Assembly: GCA_963770565.1 (NCBI GenBank) | Contig: CAVYQE010000001.1 | Location: 96,001-160,000, forward strand | Source: an uncultured Actinomycetota bacterium | GTDB taxonomy: Bacteria > Actinomycetota > Actinomycetes > JAFAQI01 | DNA length: 64,000 nt | Reading direction: 5' to 3' | Part shown: positions 43,328-55,768 of the stretch, piece by piece | How the letters are laid out: every line of letters begins with the position of its first letter | Numbering within the stretch: position 1 is the first letter of the stretch | Program-made: the position numbers and the translations under genes | The notes under the pieces: generated by a model | What the model was told of the DNA's origin: nothing | The model's database searches: none | Seen by the model: the letters and a program-made list of their open reading frames with translations, nothing else

Positions 43328-45531
43328 TTATTTGCGCGATGAGCCATCGTAGCGCGAAGCGATTTCCTGAAAGCTCTTGGCTTCTGCGATGTGGCCGAGC
43401 TGGCGATGCATGGCGGCCAGATTGCCGTAGGGAATCGCCAGGGCCTTTCTGTCGAGCAGCTTGGAATCGACGGCCTTGGCCATCAGGTTGACCCCCTTTT
43501 GCGTCAGAGCCAGCGCCTTGTCGCGCTGTCCTGTCTGCCAATAGGAGATCCCCATCGCGACGAACGATTGGCCGTGCCGACCGAGGTTGGCCAACCCGTT
43601 GGGCGGCAGGGGTCGATCCAACAGCGGCATCGCCTTGTCGAACCAGACGACGGCGGCGGCATGGTCCTTTTCGCGCGTGGCATGGATCACGCCGATGTGG
43701 GCGTATAGCCGGCCGATAAGATAGAGATCCTCGGCCGTTTGCTGGCGGTGCTTGGCCCCGGCTTCGAGATACTGCAAGTCGAGCATGCTGTCGGTCAGCG
43801 AATGGTCGCTGAAGCCGGCCAGATGATCGAGTTCGCCGATATCGAACAGGGCCCGTCCCAATTCCCATTCGAGCCCCTGGCGGCGGAGCGGATCGTCGGC
43901 CGTCTCGATCAGTTTTTGGCCCTCTTCCAGCGCGTGGATCGTCCAGTCCGACGCATCCCAGCGGCCTTCGATCGCGACCCGATCGTCCAAGGCCCGGCGC
44001 ACGACGCGCAGCCGCAACGCCGGATCGGCCCCTTCATGTTGGATCAAATCCTTGGCCAGCTCATCGGCGCGGGTGATCCAGCGGGCGGTCGTCGCCTCTT
44101 TCTGTTGCCAGACGCCGAACGCAATATCGTCGGCCGCCCCCAAATGAGCCGCCAGCATGACCCGTTTCGCCCCGCGGCGGATGGCCGAGCGATGGTCGGC
44201 CGCCAGCGGCAGAGCCGCCTTGATCGCCGACAGGTGCAATTCGATCGCCTGCGGATAGTCGTGATCGGGCCCGCTCGCCACCAGATCGGCAAGCCGATTC
44301 AATGCTTGCGCCTTGGCCAGCGGGGCGAGATCGGCCGCGGCCAGCACCCCTTTGGTGATGGCGATCGCTTCCGCATTGCGATCCAAGCGGCCGAGGATTT
44401 CGGCTTTGTCGAGCAAATAGGCCGGCCGCTTCGGGTCGAGGCGCAGCGCGGCATCGACCGATTCGAGCGCATCGCCGAAGCGTCCCATCTGCAAGAGCAA
44501 CTCGCTGCGCAGCCAATGGGCTTGCGACGATCGGGGATCGAGCGCCAGCGCGTAATCGAGGTCGCGCAGACTCCGCCGCACCTGCACGTCGCCGTTGGCC
44601 GCCGCCCGCATGATGAACGGCTGGGCGTCGATCGGCTCCAAGAGCATCTGCGTGACAAGCTGCGTGTCGGCGCGTAGCTGAACAAAATTCCCCGCTCGGG
44701 AAACGAGCGTCCCAACGGCTGGTCCGATTCGTCGAGCACGGGAACCGAAACCAACGACTCCATGTGGAGATGTTTGGCGAGCGCGTCGGGATCGAACGGC
44801 TTTTCGAGCTGCACGGCGATCGAGGCGACCTTATGCCCGGCCATCGTCACCGCGACGCGATGATAAGGCGCGATCTGATAGATCCAGCGGGCGGTTCCAT
44901 CGTGGGTCGGCGCCGCGACGCCATCCCCCCAGTGCTTGAGCAAGTCGTCCATTGTTGACGTGCCGGGCTGAATTCCCTTGAACGAAGCCGGATCGACGGC
45001 CATCGCGGGCAGCGGGGGCAAATCTTGGATTCCCTTGAACGCCAGAGCCGGCGTCGGATCGACGGCGTGCGCCGAGGTGGCGTCCGCGGAGGCTGGGTTC
45101 GAAGAGCCGCCGTTCAGCGAACCGGGGTTCGAGGAGTTCGGCGTTGGCAAGATCGGGTTCGACAAGGCCGGCGTTAGGCCCCTCGCCGCGGGCGGAGCGA
45201 CGATCGGCGGCAAGGCTCGAAGCGCTGCCGCAGGGGACATGGCCGGAGCGGACCGAGGAGCGACATCATCGGAATCGCTGGCCGCGGCCGCGGCCGCTCC
45301 CGCCTGCGGAGCAGCCGCCGCGCAGGGGGCGCCGCCGTCACCACGGGGCCGACGGTGCGCAGGGCGGGGAGCCCTTCTTGAGCTGCTGCCGCGGGCTGAA
45401 CGAGCGGCGCGGCGCCGCCCGACTCTTCCGATGAGGTTTTTGCCGTCGGCGCGGCGAGAAAGCCGAATGCCGCCGCGCAAGCGACCAGCCGCAATCCGAT
45501 CCACGAAACTCGTGCGCCGCCGCGCGCCCAT
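43328..45531 (-). CDS. Exported tetratricopeptide-repeat protein (frameshifted)
   Basis: N-terminal signal-like and Pro/Ala region, 'FKGIQPG.ST' domain, then TPR-like helices 'ALALDP...AHWLR', 'ALRLDP'. Confidence 0.75.
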
Positions 45532-45811
45532 GCTACTGCTTGCACGCCCGTTCCTCCTGAACTATCGCGTGGAGCACGGGCGTCTTCAGCCTCCGAGCCT
45601 GGCCATCCATGCCGGCTCCCGTGCTGCAACGAGAAAGAGACAATCCCGGCATCCGGACCGGGGAAGGCAAGCTAACGTTTGCCGCCGCTATCGTCCAGAG
45701 CAATTTGGCGAAAATCCGGCGACTCGGCGGCACCGGCGAACGGCGAACGGCGAGTGGTGGTGGGACACTGGCCAAGCGCAGCCTGCCAATGCCGGAGCGC
45801 GCGGCCCGCGG

Positions 45812-46240
45812 CCGCGAAAGGGGTCGGGAGTCGATTTCGCCCGCTGAACGATCCGTAGTGCGAACCGGCACCATGGCGAAATCGACTCCCGACCCCCTTT
45901 GGGCAACGCCCGCCGGTAGACAAGCCGGTTCTCTGACAGATACTAGCCCGACGCGCTAGCGAGGGAGTTACCCGTGGCCAGCCCTACGAGGCCGTCCAAG
46001 AACTGGCCGGGGCGAGAGACGCTCGCCGCGAAAGGGGTCGGGAGTCGATTTCGCCGCCTGAACGATCCGTAGTGCGAACCCGCATCATGGCGAAATCGAC
46101 TCCCGACCCCCTTTTGGCAACGCCCGCCGGAAGACAAGCCGGTTCTCTGACAGACACTAGCCCGACGCGCTAGCGAGGGAGTTACCCGCGGCCAGCCCCG
46201 ACGGTCCAACTCCCTCGCTAGCGCTTCGGGCTAGTGTGGC
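45812..46240. repeat. Tandem duplication (~214-bp period) of MITE plus ACTAGCCC REP
   Basis: CGCGAAAGGGGTCGGGAG...CCGGTTCTCTGACAGA.ACTAGCCCGACGCGCTAGCGAGGGAGTTACCCG occurs twice. Confidence 0.85.
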
Positions 46241-47229
46241 GATTGATGCTTGCGGACTGAAAACCGCCTGACTTTTGCGCAGCCCCCGCCCAACAGTCCA
46301 CCCAGCACCAGCAATGCAAAGCTCGACGGCTCGGGAATCGACAATTCGGCCACGAAACCGTGGTTCACCAGCGACGTGTCCACATACTCGCCGACCACCA
46401 AGTCGCCCGAAATGCCGTAGGCTTGAGTGCCCGCCGAGTCGGGAAACGGCACATTGAGCGTTCGACCAGGTGGCCCCGTCGAACAGGAAGCCGTGATAGA
46501 TGCCCGCGGCGTCTTGATAATCGCCGACGATATTGCCGTCCGAAATGCCATACGCGGCGGTCGAGGTGCTGCCGGGAAAGTCGAGCGTCGTGTAGCTCGA
46601 GCCGTCGAACGAAAAACCGTGGAATCGATCGCCCACCAGATAATAGCCGACGATCTCGTTGCCGCTGATCCCATTGGCCACGGTCAACAGCGCGCGGGCG
46701 CCGGATCGGCGAGCGTGGTCCACTGCCCGCCGTTGTAGAGAAACCCGTTGATGCCGCTTGCGCCGCTGAAGTAACCGACGATGTTGCCCCCCGAGATGCC
46801 GTTGGCCACCGTGTGATTGCCGGCGGGATCGTCGAGCGAACTCCAATTCGCGCCGTCGTAGAGAAAGCCGTGCGTCGCCGCGGCGCCGTCGGTATAGAAT
46901 CCGACGATCTCATTGCCCGAGATTCCCAGCGTGGTGGTCGTCGCGCTGCCGGGGAAATCGAGCGGGATGAACGATGCGCCGTTGTAGAGAAAGCCGTGGC
47001 TGGCGGCGGTGGCCGAATAATAGCCCCCCACGATATTGTCGCCGGACACGCCGACCGCAAATGTCCCCTTGACGGCTTGCGGCGCGTTGAGCGACTGCGG
47101 GGCGTCGAGCGGTGCGATGAGCGTGGCGAACGTCGGCCGGGGGGCGGAGAGAATCAGCATGGCCGTTGCGAGCCCTGCCGTCAGCCAAGCGCTCGATCGT
47201 TTGGCGGTGCAAATTCGTTGGTCGTTCAT
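46231..47229 (-). CDS. PEP-CTERM protein with HAF-like beta repeats (frameshifted)
   Basis: Signal peptide, repeated 'GISGN.IVG.Y......HGFLY.G.....LD.P' units, C-terminal 'IPEPSSFALLVLGG' plus basic tail. Confidence 0.85.
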
Positions 47230-47418
47230 GAGCGGCCCCCCTCGATACAACCAGACTAATCGTCGGAATCGCGCAATGCAAGAGATGGGCGCGGATCGGC
47301 GCGGATTTGGGCAGCTGCGCGGCGATTTCGACCGGTTCGCTCGGCTGACTGGTGCCGTCGCGTCCGGGAAAGCGTAGAATGAAAGCGGAGCGGTCGCCAT
47401 GCGGCGGCCGGCGCGGCG

Positions 47419-47796
47419 ATGGAACTTGACGACGAACTCTGCCTTTGTTTTCATGTGACCCGGCGGAAGGTCGTGAACTTTCTGCGCGTGGAAAAGCCGC
47501 GCCGCGTCGGGCAGTTGAGCGAATGTTTCGGAGCGGGAACCGGCTGCGGGTGGTGCCGCCCCTTTTTGCAGCGGCTCTTCGACGCGGCTGCCGCCGGGAG
47601 TCAAATCGACTCGCCGTTGCCGACCGCCGCCGACTATGCCCGAGAGCGCGGCCGCTATGTGCGCGGCGGCGGTGGAACGCCCCCCGCAGGCGCCACGCCG
47701 ATCGCGGCGGCGGACGACGTTCGAGCCGTACGCCGGCTTGGATCGGCACGAAAGCGAGCCTCCGTAGGACGGCTCTCCCGAGCCGTCCAGACGTAG
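47419..47796 (+). CDS. Bfd-like (2Fe-2S)-binding protein
   Basis: 'LCLCFHV' ... 'GAGTGCGWC'. Confidence 0.85.
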   Translation: MELDDELCLCFHVTRRKVVNFLRVEKPRRVGQLSECFGAGTGCGWCRPFLQRLFDAAAAGSQIDSPLPTAADYARERGRYVRGGGGTPPAGATPIAAADDVRAVRRLGSARKRASVGRLSRAVQT

Positions 47797-47992
47797 GACG
47801 GCTCTCCCGAGCCGTCCTACGGCATCGCCGAGGAATCGAGTCGCGACGTACTCTTCACGCTCCGCGTGAAGAATTCCTCACGCGGAGCGTGAGGAGTACG
47901 ATCCGTACGATCCGGCACGGGCGCTTTGCTCGCGCTCGGCGGCTGCGTTATTCTGGCGATAGTTCGAATGCTTCTTTCTTGGCGGCCGTCTT

Positions 47993-48930
47993 ATGGTGGC
48001 ACGACGTTCTCTCGGTTGGCCGATCACGCTGGGCGTGGTGATGATCGTGCTGTTGGTCGCCCTGACCGTCGGGTGGGTGATCGTGTCGGTGTCGGCGGCT
48101 CAAGTCGTCGATCGCCTGGCCCTATTGGACGGTGCTGGCGATCGGCACGACGTTTCTCGTGCTGGTGCTCGTCGGCGTGGTGTTCTATTTGGCGCTGTCG
48201 ATCAAGTCGTATCACCTGAACCAGCGGCAATCGAATTTCATCGACAGCGTGACGCACGAATTGAAAAGCCCGATCGCCTCGCTCAAACTGTGCCTGCAAA
48301 CGCTCAGCCGGCATCAACTCGGTGCCGAGCAGGAAGCCGATTTTCATCGCTACATGCTCGAAGACCTCCAGCGGCTCGACAACCTCATCAACCACTTGCT
48401 CGATGCGGCCCGGCTGGACCATAACCCGCTCGAGCAAGGCCTGGAAGAAGTCGATCTGGCCGCCTTGCTCAAACGTTGCGCCGAAATGACCTCGCAGCGC
48501 TATCGGCTCCCCGACGCGACGATCAAGATGCGCCTCGAGCCGGCGAATTCCCGCTCGGCCGATCGACCTGGAAATGATTTTTCGCAATCTGTTGGACAAC
48601 GCCGTGAAATACGCGGCGCCGGCGGCCGAAGTCGCCGTCGAATTGGTCCGGCCCGCCGAAGAACTCGTGCGGGTGCGGATCAGCGACAATGGTCCCGGCA
48701 TCCCCTCGAAGTTCCGCCGCAAGATTTTCGGCCGTTTCGTCCGAATCGGCAGCGAACTCGAGCGCTCGAAGCCGGGCACAGGACTGGGACTCTACATCGT
48801 CCGCACGCTGGTCAAGCGCATGCACGGCCAAGTGACCGTCCGCGGCCGCGGCGCACAAAGCGGCACCGTATTCGAAGTCGATCTCCCCACGTTCAACGGC
48901 CAAGTCGGCGCGAATGCGAATGACGAATGA
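47993..48930 (+). CDS. Membrane sensor histidine kinase (frameshifted; no adjacent regulator)
   Basis: Two TM helices, H-box 'VTHELKSP', N-box 'NLLDNAVKY', 'DNGPGI', 'GTGLGL'. Confidence 0.9.
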
Positions 48931-48972
48931 CGAGTGGTGGGTGCCGAATGGTGGTGGCGAGAAACGAGTCCG

Positions 48973-49200
48973 ACACTAGCCCGACTCGCAAGCGAGGGAG
49001 ATCACACTAGCCCGACGCGCAAGCGAGGGAGATCACACTAGCCCGACGCGCTAGCGAGGGAGATCATACTAGCCCAACGCGCAAGCGAGGGAGTGCGCGC
49101 TCGCGCACCGCAACGAGGCGCAGCTCCCTCGCTTGCACGAGCGGGCTCGTGCTTGCGCGTCGGGCTAGTGTGGCGCGTCGGGCTAGTGTGGCGCGTCGGG
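48973..49200. repeat. Four tandem 31-bp ACTAGCCCGACGCGC(T/A)AGCGAGGGAG REP units followed by inverted partial copies
   Basis: Read directly; the same REP is dispersed at ~7444, 9100, 9137, 9382, 13063, 13765, 32633, 32881, 41692, 41773, 45942, 46156, 46210 and 59124. Confidence 0.9.
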
Positions 49201-49338
49201 GTCGCGTGGCGGCCGACGTTGGCGGAAGGCGCCCGACGAAATCGGCAACTGCCTGCGACCGGGGAATCGGCCGGTTTTTCAAGTCACGGGCTCGCACGCG
49301 GCGGCTGGAAACCACCGCTACCGCCGACCCCTGACCTA

Positions 49339-49778
49339 GGCTGTGCAAAATGAGACTGTCGACCGCATCCGATTTTATGCCGTTTTTGTTCCGTCGAGCG
49401 CACCGCGCAACGATCGTTAGCCGGTTCGCTTGCGAAAGGACGGCAGGAGATCGAGGAACCCGGTAGGGTTCCCAGACATTAGCCGGTGGTTGAGGCCGTC
49501 AGGCCGATACCACCGGTCGTGAAATCGAATAATCCGTTTTGCACCCCGATAGGGGTGCCGGCGCTCTGCGACCCCTACCGGGGTCGAAGAAAAGTTTTCG
49601 CGTTCCGGTGCCGGCGGTGTCGGCCTGCGGCCTCAACCGCCGGCTCATGTCTGCCATCCCTATCGGGATGAATTTCATGCCACCTCGGAATCGGAATTGT
49701 GCGAGTACGTGGGCGGAACAAAAACCGACCAAAACACGAACTCGAATTCCACCTCGAAACCGCACAGATTGCACAGCC
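49339..49778. mobile_element. GGCTGTG-ended MITE (copy D)
   Basis: TA|GGCTGTGCAAAATG ... ATTGCACAGCC|TA; cargo GCACCCCGATAGGGGTGC, CGACCCCTACCGGGGTCG, CATCCCTATCGGGATG. Confidence 0.85.
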
Positions 49779-49846
49779 TACCCCTGACCCCCGATCCCCG
49801 ACCCCCCGACCCCCGACCCCTGACCCCCGACCCCTGCCCTTGGCGA

Positions 49847-51780
49847 TCAACCGCCTCGGGCCGAGCCGGCTCGAACTGCGGCGGCGCCCCCATGAGCATC
49901 GTAGCTGCCGTGGCCGGCGGCGCCGGGCCGTTGCGGCTCGTGGACGGTGCCGGCGAGGATGTTGTCGATGTGCGACTCCGCGCGGAGCCGATCGAATTCT
50001 TGGGCCATGGCGGCGCGGATTTTCTTTTCGTGAATGTCGTCGTACAACAGATCTTTCACGTCGGCCATTTCGACTTTTTCCGGCTCGGTATAGCCTTCGC
50101 AATAAAGAATCAGCGATTTATCGCCGATGGCGATGATCCCCGACATTTCGCCCGGCTTGAGTTTGAAAGCTTCGTTCTCGAGTTCGGGCATGCCGCCGTA
50201 GCGTTGAATCGGAGGCACGCGGCCTTGCAACGTCCGGCTGGGATCGATCGAGTATTGCTCGGCCAGGCGGCCGAAGAAATTCGGATCGGGGTGCTGTTTT
50301 TGCAATTCGCCGCGGGCCAAATCCCAGACTTCCTGCGCCTTGCGCTCGTTCGCCAGCATGATCACCCGGCATTCGCACCCGCGGACCATAGTTGGCCACG
50401 AAGCCCCGCTGCATGTCTTGCTGCGTGACCGGCACGTCGCCGACGAGCTTCTTCAGCGCCACCGACGGCCAAACGGCGTCGCGGTAATACATGTCCTCGG
50501 TGATCCCCTGGTCTTTCGCGACCGTGGCGATCCAGCCGCGGATGTCGGGACGATTCTGCTTGTCGAACTTTGCCCATGGCCTTGGCGGCGCGGGCGACTT
50601 CGGCATTGAGATCGGCGTCGGTAACGGTGAGCTTCTTGCGGCGCAGCCCTTGCTCGAGCAAGCGGCGGTTGATCGTTCCCTCGAGCACCTCGGTCCCATG
50701 CCGATCGATGCATTCTTCGGCCAACTCGCGGAGCGTGATCGCCCGATTGTTTACGATCGCGGCCACGCCCGGCATTTCCCGGCTTGCGCTCGGGGTCGTT
50801 GAACACGTTTTGCACGACCGCTTTCTCCTGCAGCCGTTTGAAAACGTCGGCGGCCGCGGCATGCAGCTTGCGATCGCGAATCGATTCGACCAGCTTTGTC
50901 GCGCACGTCGTCGAACTGCACGCTGGCGCCGGGCATGCGGGCATCGCACTTGAGAATCGCATAATGACCGTTGAAGGGGATCGGATCGGAAACCTGGCCC
51001 GGTTTCGCGGAGAAGGCCCATTGCTCGATCTGGGGTCGCCGACGTGCCGCCGAATCGGCGGAATCATGCCGTTGGCGCTGGCGCTGGCGTCGATCGAGTC
51101 GGTCACGGCCAGGGCCGCGAATCGGGCCGGATCGCTCTGGGCCTCGGCGGCGACCTTGTTGGCGATCGCCAATTCTTGACGATGATGATCCGGGCTCGAA
51201 CGGCCTCGCCGTATTGGGTGTCGAAGGCTTCCTGCAATTCCTCTGCCGTCGGCCGCAGCCGGTTCGCGGCGAGCTTCTTGAGGGCCAGCGTCGGCCAGAC
51301 GATGTCGTTGGCATATTGGTCCGGCGTCACGCCCCGCTCTTGCTTGAGCATCTTCATCCATTGATCGACGGTCAGGTTGAATTTGCGGGCCATTCGGTCG
51401 ATTTCGGCGTTGACTTCCTCCTTGCCGACCGCGGACATTGTGCTGCCGGCAATATTGGACGATCAGATACTTGTTGACCATCGCCTCGAGCACTTCTTTG
51501 CCGTAGTGCGCGAGGCATTCTTGGGCCAGCTCTTGGCGGCCGATTTGCTCGTTGTTCACCACGGCCACGATCTCGGCCGGTTGCGGCGTCGTGGTGGCAG
51601 TCGCTTGCCGCACGCCGCTCCGCTCGGCCGCCGGGCCGGATCGCGGGCTTCCGGCCGTGCGGGACCGCGGATCGAACGAATCGCCATGCAGACGGCGATG
51701 ACCGCGAAGGCCCCCAGCGTTATACCCACACGGCTCTTCCAACGGCTCGAGAGCAGATATGCTGCCGAGCAACATCCTTG
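49847..51780 (-). CDS. Parvulin/SurA-type peptidylprolyl isomerase (foldase), multi-domain (frameshifted; start approximate)
   Basis: 'IVAVVNNEQI', 'F..LA...SID.S...G...PI.R', 'LENEAFKLKPGEMSGII' parvulin motifs twice. Confidence 0.8.
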
Positions 51781-52206
51781 CGAAACATCGCGGTTTCTCC
51801 ATAAACCGTCGGCAGAGCCGAGCCGAAAAAGCGCCAGCCATTCCGTGCCGTCTGGCATGACGGGGCGGGCAATATAGAAACCGTGCCCCCGAGGGTCAAG
51901 AGAAGATGAGGAGAAATACCGTAACGAATCGCTCGAGCGCGTACCTTGCGTCTCATCCTGCCTTACCGCCTGCTTTCGGCCCGTGGCGAGTATCCATTCT
52001 GTCGTGTGTGCCGGCTCGCGCGATCGGCCTCGCGCGAGCGTCCTCTTCCGCCGCGGAGAATGTAAAAACGCGACGTTCATCGAGTTACGGCCGCCTCGAC
52101 AGCCTGACACATTCGATCTTCGTTTTAATGGATACTCGCCTGGTCCATTTCCCCCTTGACACCATGCGGAAAGCCGGTGAAAAGCGAAGGCACTTGGCAA
52201 CCGATT

Positions 52207-53108
52207 TCAAGCCGCGGTCGTCGCGCCGCCCAATTGACTGAGCACTTCGCCGGTAACGAAGCTCGAATCGGCGTCGGACGCGAAAAAGACATAAGCCGGA
52301 GCCATCTCTTCGGGCTGGGCCGGCCTCCCCAGCGGAGTCTTCATTCCGAATTCCGCCACCTTGCTTTCCGGAAGGCCCGGGTCCGAGACATTCAAGGGCG
52401 TCCAGACTGGTCCCGGAGCAATCGCGTTGACGCGAATCCCCTTGTCGAGCAAGTTTTGGGCCAGCGCTTTCACAAAAGCATTGATGGCCCCTTTCGTCGA
52501 AGAATAGTCGAGCAGCGAGACGCGATCCCTCCAAGCCGGTAATGGAACTTGTGGCGATGATGGCCGCGCCCGGCTTGAGATGCGGAATTGCCGCCCGTGC
52601 CAACCGAAAGAATGCACCGATATTCGTCGCGAACGTCCGCTCCCATTCTTCATCGGTGATCTCTTCGAGGCTAGGCTTCCGGGATTGATGGGCCGCATTA
52701 TTCACCAAAATGTCCAACGAACCAAATTCGGCGAGCGTCCTCTCGACGGCTTGATCGCAAAATTCCGCGTCGGTCAGAGTCGCCCGGCAGCAGCAAGCAT
52801 TGCCGTCCCTAGCCCCTCGATGACTTTTTGCGTTTCTTCCGGCGTCGGACTGCTCCTCCGGCAAATAGACGATGGCCACGTCGGCGCCTTCGCGGGCATA
52901 GATCACGGCCACGGCACGGCCGATGCCCGAGTCTCCGCCGGTGATCAAGGCGTGTTTTCCCGCCAGCTTGTCGGCAGGGCGATAGTGCGGCGCTGATAAT
53001 TCGGCCGAGGATCCATATCGCTCCTCAAGCCAGGCTGTTTTGGTGCTGCTTCGGAAACGGGCCTTTCGGCTCGTTTTTCACTTGCGGCTTCGAGCGGGTC
53101 GTGGGCAT
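52207..53108 (-). CDS. SDR oxidoreductase (YhdF/YghA-like; frameshifted)
   Basis: 'ITGGDSGIGRAVA', 'LVNNAA', 'YSSTKGAI', 'RVNAIAPGPVWTPL', 'PLGRPAQPEE'. Confidence 0.9.
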
Positions 53109-53373
53109 GGCGGCGACTCCCTGAATCGGGGCGGGTGCAGAGGAAGAAAGCATGGACGCTTGCCGGGAGTTCGTGCAAATCGAGTGCCAACCGCGGACCA
53201 GGAACCCACCCCGCCAATGAACGTCGGGCAACATGAATTTCTGGGCGAGAATCGGCGAGCGATTCGCCAGCGGCCCGCCGGGTTGACCGCTCGGCTAGAA
53301 TCCAGCGAGGGCCGAAAATCGGCCACCGAGATGGCTTGTGAACCCTCAGCGGCATCGCCTCGCTCGGAAAGGA

Positions 53374-53952
53374 ATGCAGCATGAAACCCCAATCGACAAA
53401 TTGCCGCCGGTCCGCGATTCGCTCCGCTGGAACGTCGTGATCGAATCACCCCGAAGGCTCGCCGATCAAATTCAAATTCGACAAGCAGGATGGGCTGTTG
53501 CGGCTCGACAAAATTCTTCCCGCGGGGATGACGTTTCCTTACGATTTCGGATTCATTCCCGCGACGCAGGGAGAAGACGGCGATCCTCTCGATGTCTTGT
53601 TGCTCAACGACGCTCCGACGTTTCCGGGGTGCGTGGTTCCGGCCCGGATCATCGGCGTGATCGAAGCCGAGCAGAGTCGACGGCAGCGCAGATCATTCGC
53701 AACGACCGCCTCGTCGCGGTCGTCGAGACTCGGTACAATCCGGCCCGATACAAAACGCTCGACGAGGTGGGCGACCAGCGGCTGGCGGAGATCGAGCACT
53801 TCTTCGTCGCCTACAATGAAGTCGAAGGGCGCGAGTTCAAGCCGATCGCCCGCCGCGGCGCCGAAGACGCCCACAGACTGCTGGACGAAGCCACCCGTTC
53901 GCGCGCCGCCGGAAACGGCCGCAAATCGACTCGGCGGCCCAGCCGGAAATGA
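53374..53952 (+). CDS. ppa: Inorganic pyrophosphatase (family I; frameshifted)
   Basis: 'VVIESP', 'FPYDFGFIP', 'DGDPLDV', 'NDRLVAV', 'IEHFF..YN'. Confidence 0.85.
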   Translation: MQHETPIDKLPPVRDSLRWNVVIESPRRLADQIQIRQAGWAVAARQNSSRGDDVSLRFRIHSRDAGRRRRSSRCLVAQRRSDVSGVRGSGPDHRRDRSRAESTAAQIIRNDRLVAVVETRYNPARYKTLDEVGDQRLAEIEHFFVAYNEVEGREFKPIARRGAEDAHRLLDEATRSRAAGNGRKSTRRPSRK

Positions 53953-53985
53953 TCGAGGACTTCCCGCGAAGAGAAGGAGCGAATC

Positions 53986-54913
53986 ATGGCGTTTGAATTG
54001 CGGTCCGACGAGTCGCTTCACAAAGGGATTCGCCGCGTCGCGCGGAAGCAATTGGACAAGGCGGTGAGGCTGGCTGACCGCCGCCGATCAAGACCCGCGA
54101 GACGAGGCCGTTCACGAAGCCCGCAAGTCGCTCAAAAAACTACGGGCCACGTCTTCGCCTGGCACGACCGGCGATCGACGACGATGTTTATCACGCCGAG
54201 AACATCTGCTTTCGCGACGCCGCGCGGCCGCTGACGGAAATTCGCGATGCGAAAATCCTGGTCGAGACGTTCGACAAGTTGCTCGATCGTTTCGCCGAGC
54301 ACGTCTCGAGCCGGTCGTTCGACGCGACGCGGGCCGCTCTCCAGGCCAATCTGCGGTCGGTCCGCCGGCGCGTTCTCGACAAGCAGAACGCATTTGCCAA
54401 CGTGGTCGCGGTCGTTCGCCGAGCCCGCGAGCGAACGGGACGCTGGTCCGATGTGCCGAATCGATCTTGGGTGGTCGTCGAGGGGATCGAGAAGGTCGAT
54501 CGGCAAGCCGCGCTCGCGCCTTCCGGGAGGCGGCCGCGGATCCCACCACCGAGAAACTGCACGAATGGCGAAAACAAGCCAAGTATCTGCGCTATCAGCT
54601 CGAGCTGGTGCGACCCCTGTGGCCCGAGCGGATGGACGAAATGATCGACGACGCTCATCGAATGACCGACGACCTGGGAGACGATCATGACGCCGCTGCA
54701 TTGCGGCAAACGCTGACCGGGAGCGGGGGATGCTTCGACGATTCGGCGGCCGAAACCTTGCTGGCCCTGATCGACCGGCGACGCTCCGAACTCCAACAAC
54801 AGGCCCTACGGCTCGGCGAGCGATTCTTCGCCGATTCGCCGGGTCACTTTGCCGGCCTGTTGAAGAGTTACTGGAAAATCTGGCGGGCCGGAGCGACCTG
54901 CCAGCCGAACTGA
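53986..54913 (+). CDS. CHAD domain protein (frameshifted)
   Basis: 'VHEARKSLKKLR', 'RDAKIL', 'LHEWRKQAKYLRYQLE', 'LGDDHD'. Confidence 0.85.
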
Positions 54914-55049
54914 GTCGGGATCGACCGATCGGCCGGCCGCGGATTCCCGCCAGGTTCTTCGAGAGAACTCGAGACGGAAGTTTTGTCGCCGGCCCGCCAC
55001 GGCCGTTGCGGCGGGTGCAATCCGTGAAGATCTGCACTATGGCAAGCCG

Positions 55050-55611
55050 CTAGTTCTCCATCACTTCGGCTTCCTTGGCCTCGGCCAAGCTGCCGACCCG
55101 GCCTTCGAATTTCTTCGTCAGTTCTTGGATCTCTTCCTTGAGCGCGTCGCGGTCGTCCTCGGTGAGGATTTTGTCCTTCTGCTCCACGTCGGCCGCCTTG
55201 TTGCCGTCGCGGCGGACGTTGCGGATGGCCACTTTCGCCTCTTCCCCCAAATCCTTGATCCGCGCGACGAGCTTCCGCCGCACGTCGGTCGACAGCGGCG
55301 GGATGTTGATCCGGATCACGCGGCCGTCGTTCTGCGGGTTGAGCCCCAGATCGCTGGCGCGGATCGCCTTCTCGATGTCCTTGATCGTGCCTGGATCGAA
55401 CGGTCGAATCACGATCTGCGTCGGCTCCGGCGGCGCCGACTTGAGCCACCGCTTTGATCGGCGTTTGGGCGCCGTAAACCTCGACTCGCAACGAATCGAC
55501 CAAGCCGGGATTGGCCCGGCCGGTGCGGATACCCGCCAACGCGTGCTTGAACACGTCGACGGCTTTTTCCATCCGTTCTTCGCTATCCATCAGGATTTCG
55601 TCGGCGGACAT
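55050..55611 (-). CDS. frr: Ribosome recycling factor (frameshift)
   Basis: 'RMEKAV', 'IRTGRANP', 'LGLNPQNDG..IRI.IPPL', 'AKVAIRNVRRD'. Confidence 0.95.
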
Positions 55612-55768
55612 GGCAGTGAGCATGGAGCAGAGGGGAACGCAGAACGGGGGGAAAGGGATATGGCTGATTATGCCGTATCGGGAGCGATCGGAAAAGAGCC
55701 TCGGCCTCGATGGGATCGCGATTCAAGCAAGCCGCCATCGACGCCGCTTGCACGTCCTCCCTGCTCTG

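Noticed and set aside
48973-49095. Possible CRISPR array
   Set aside because: Units are head-to-tail with a constant linker and no unique spacers; the unit is a dispersed REP; no cas genes in the window
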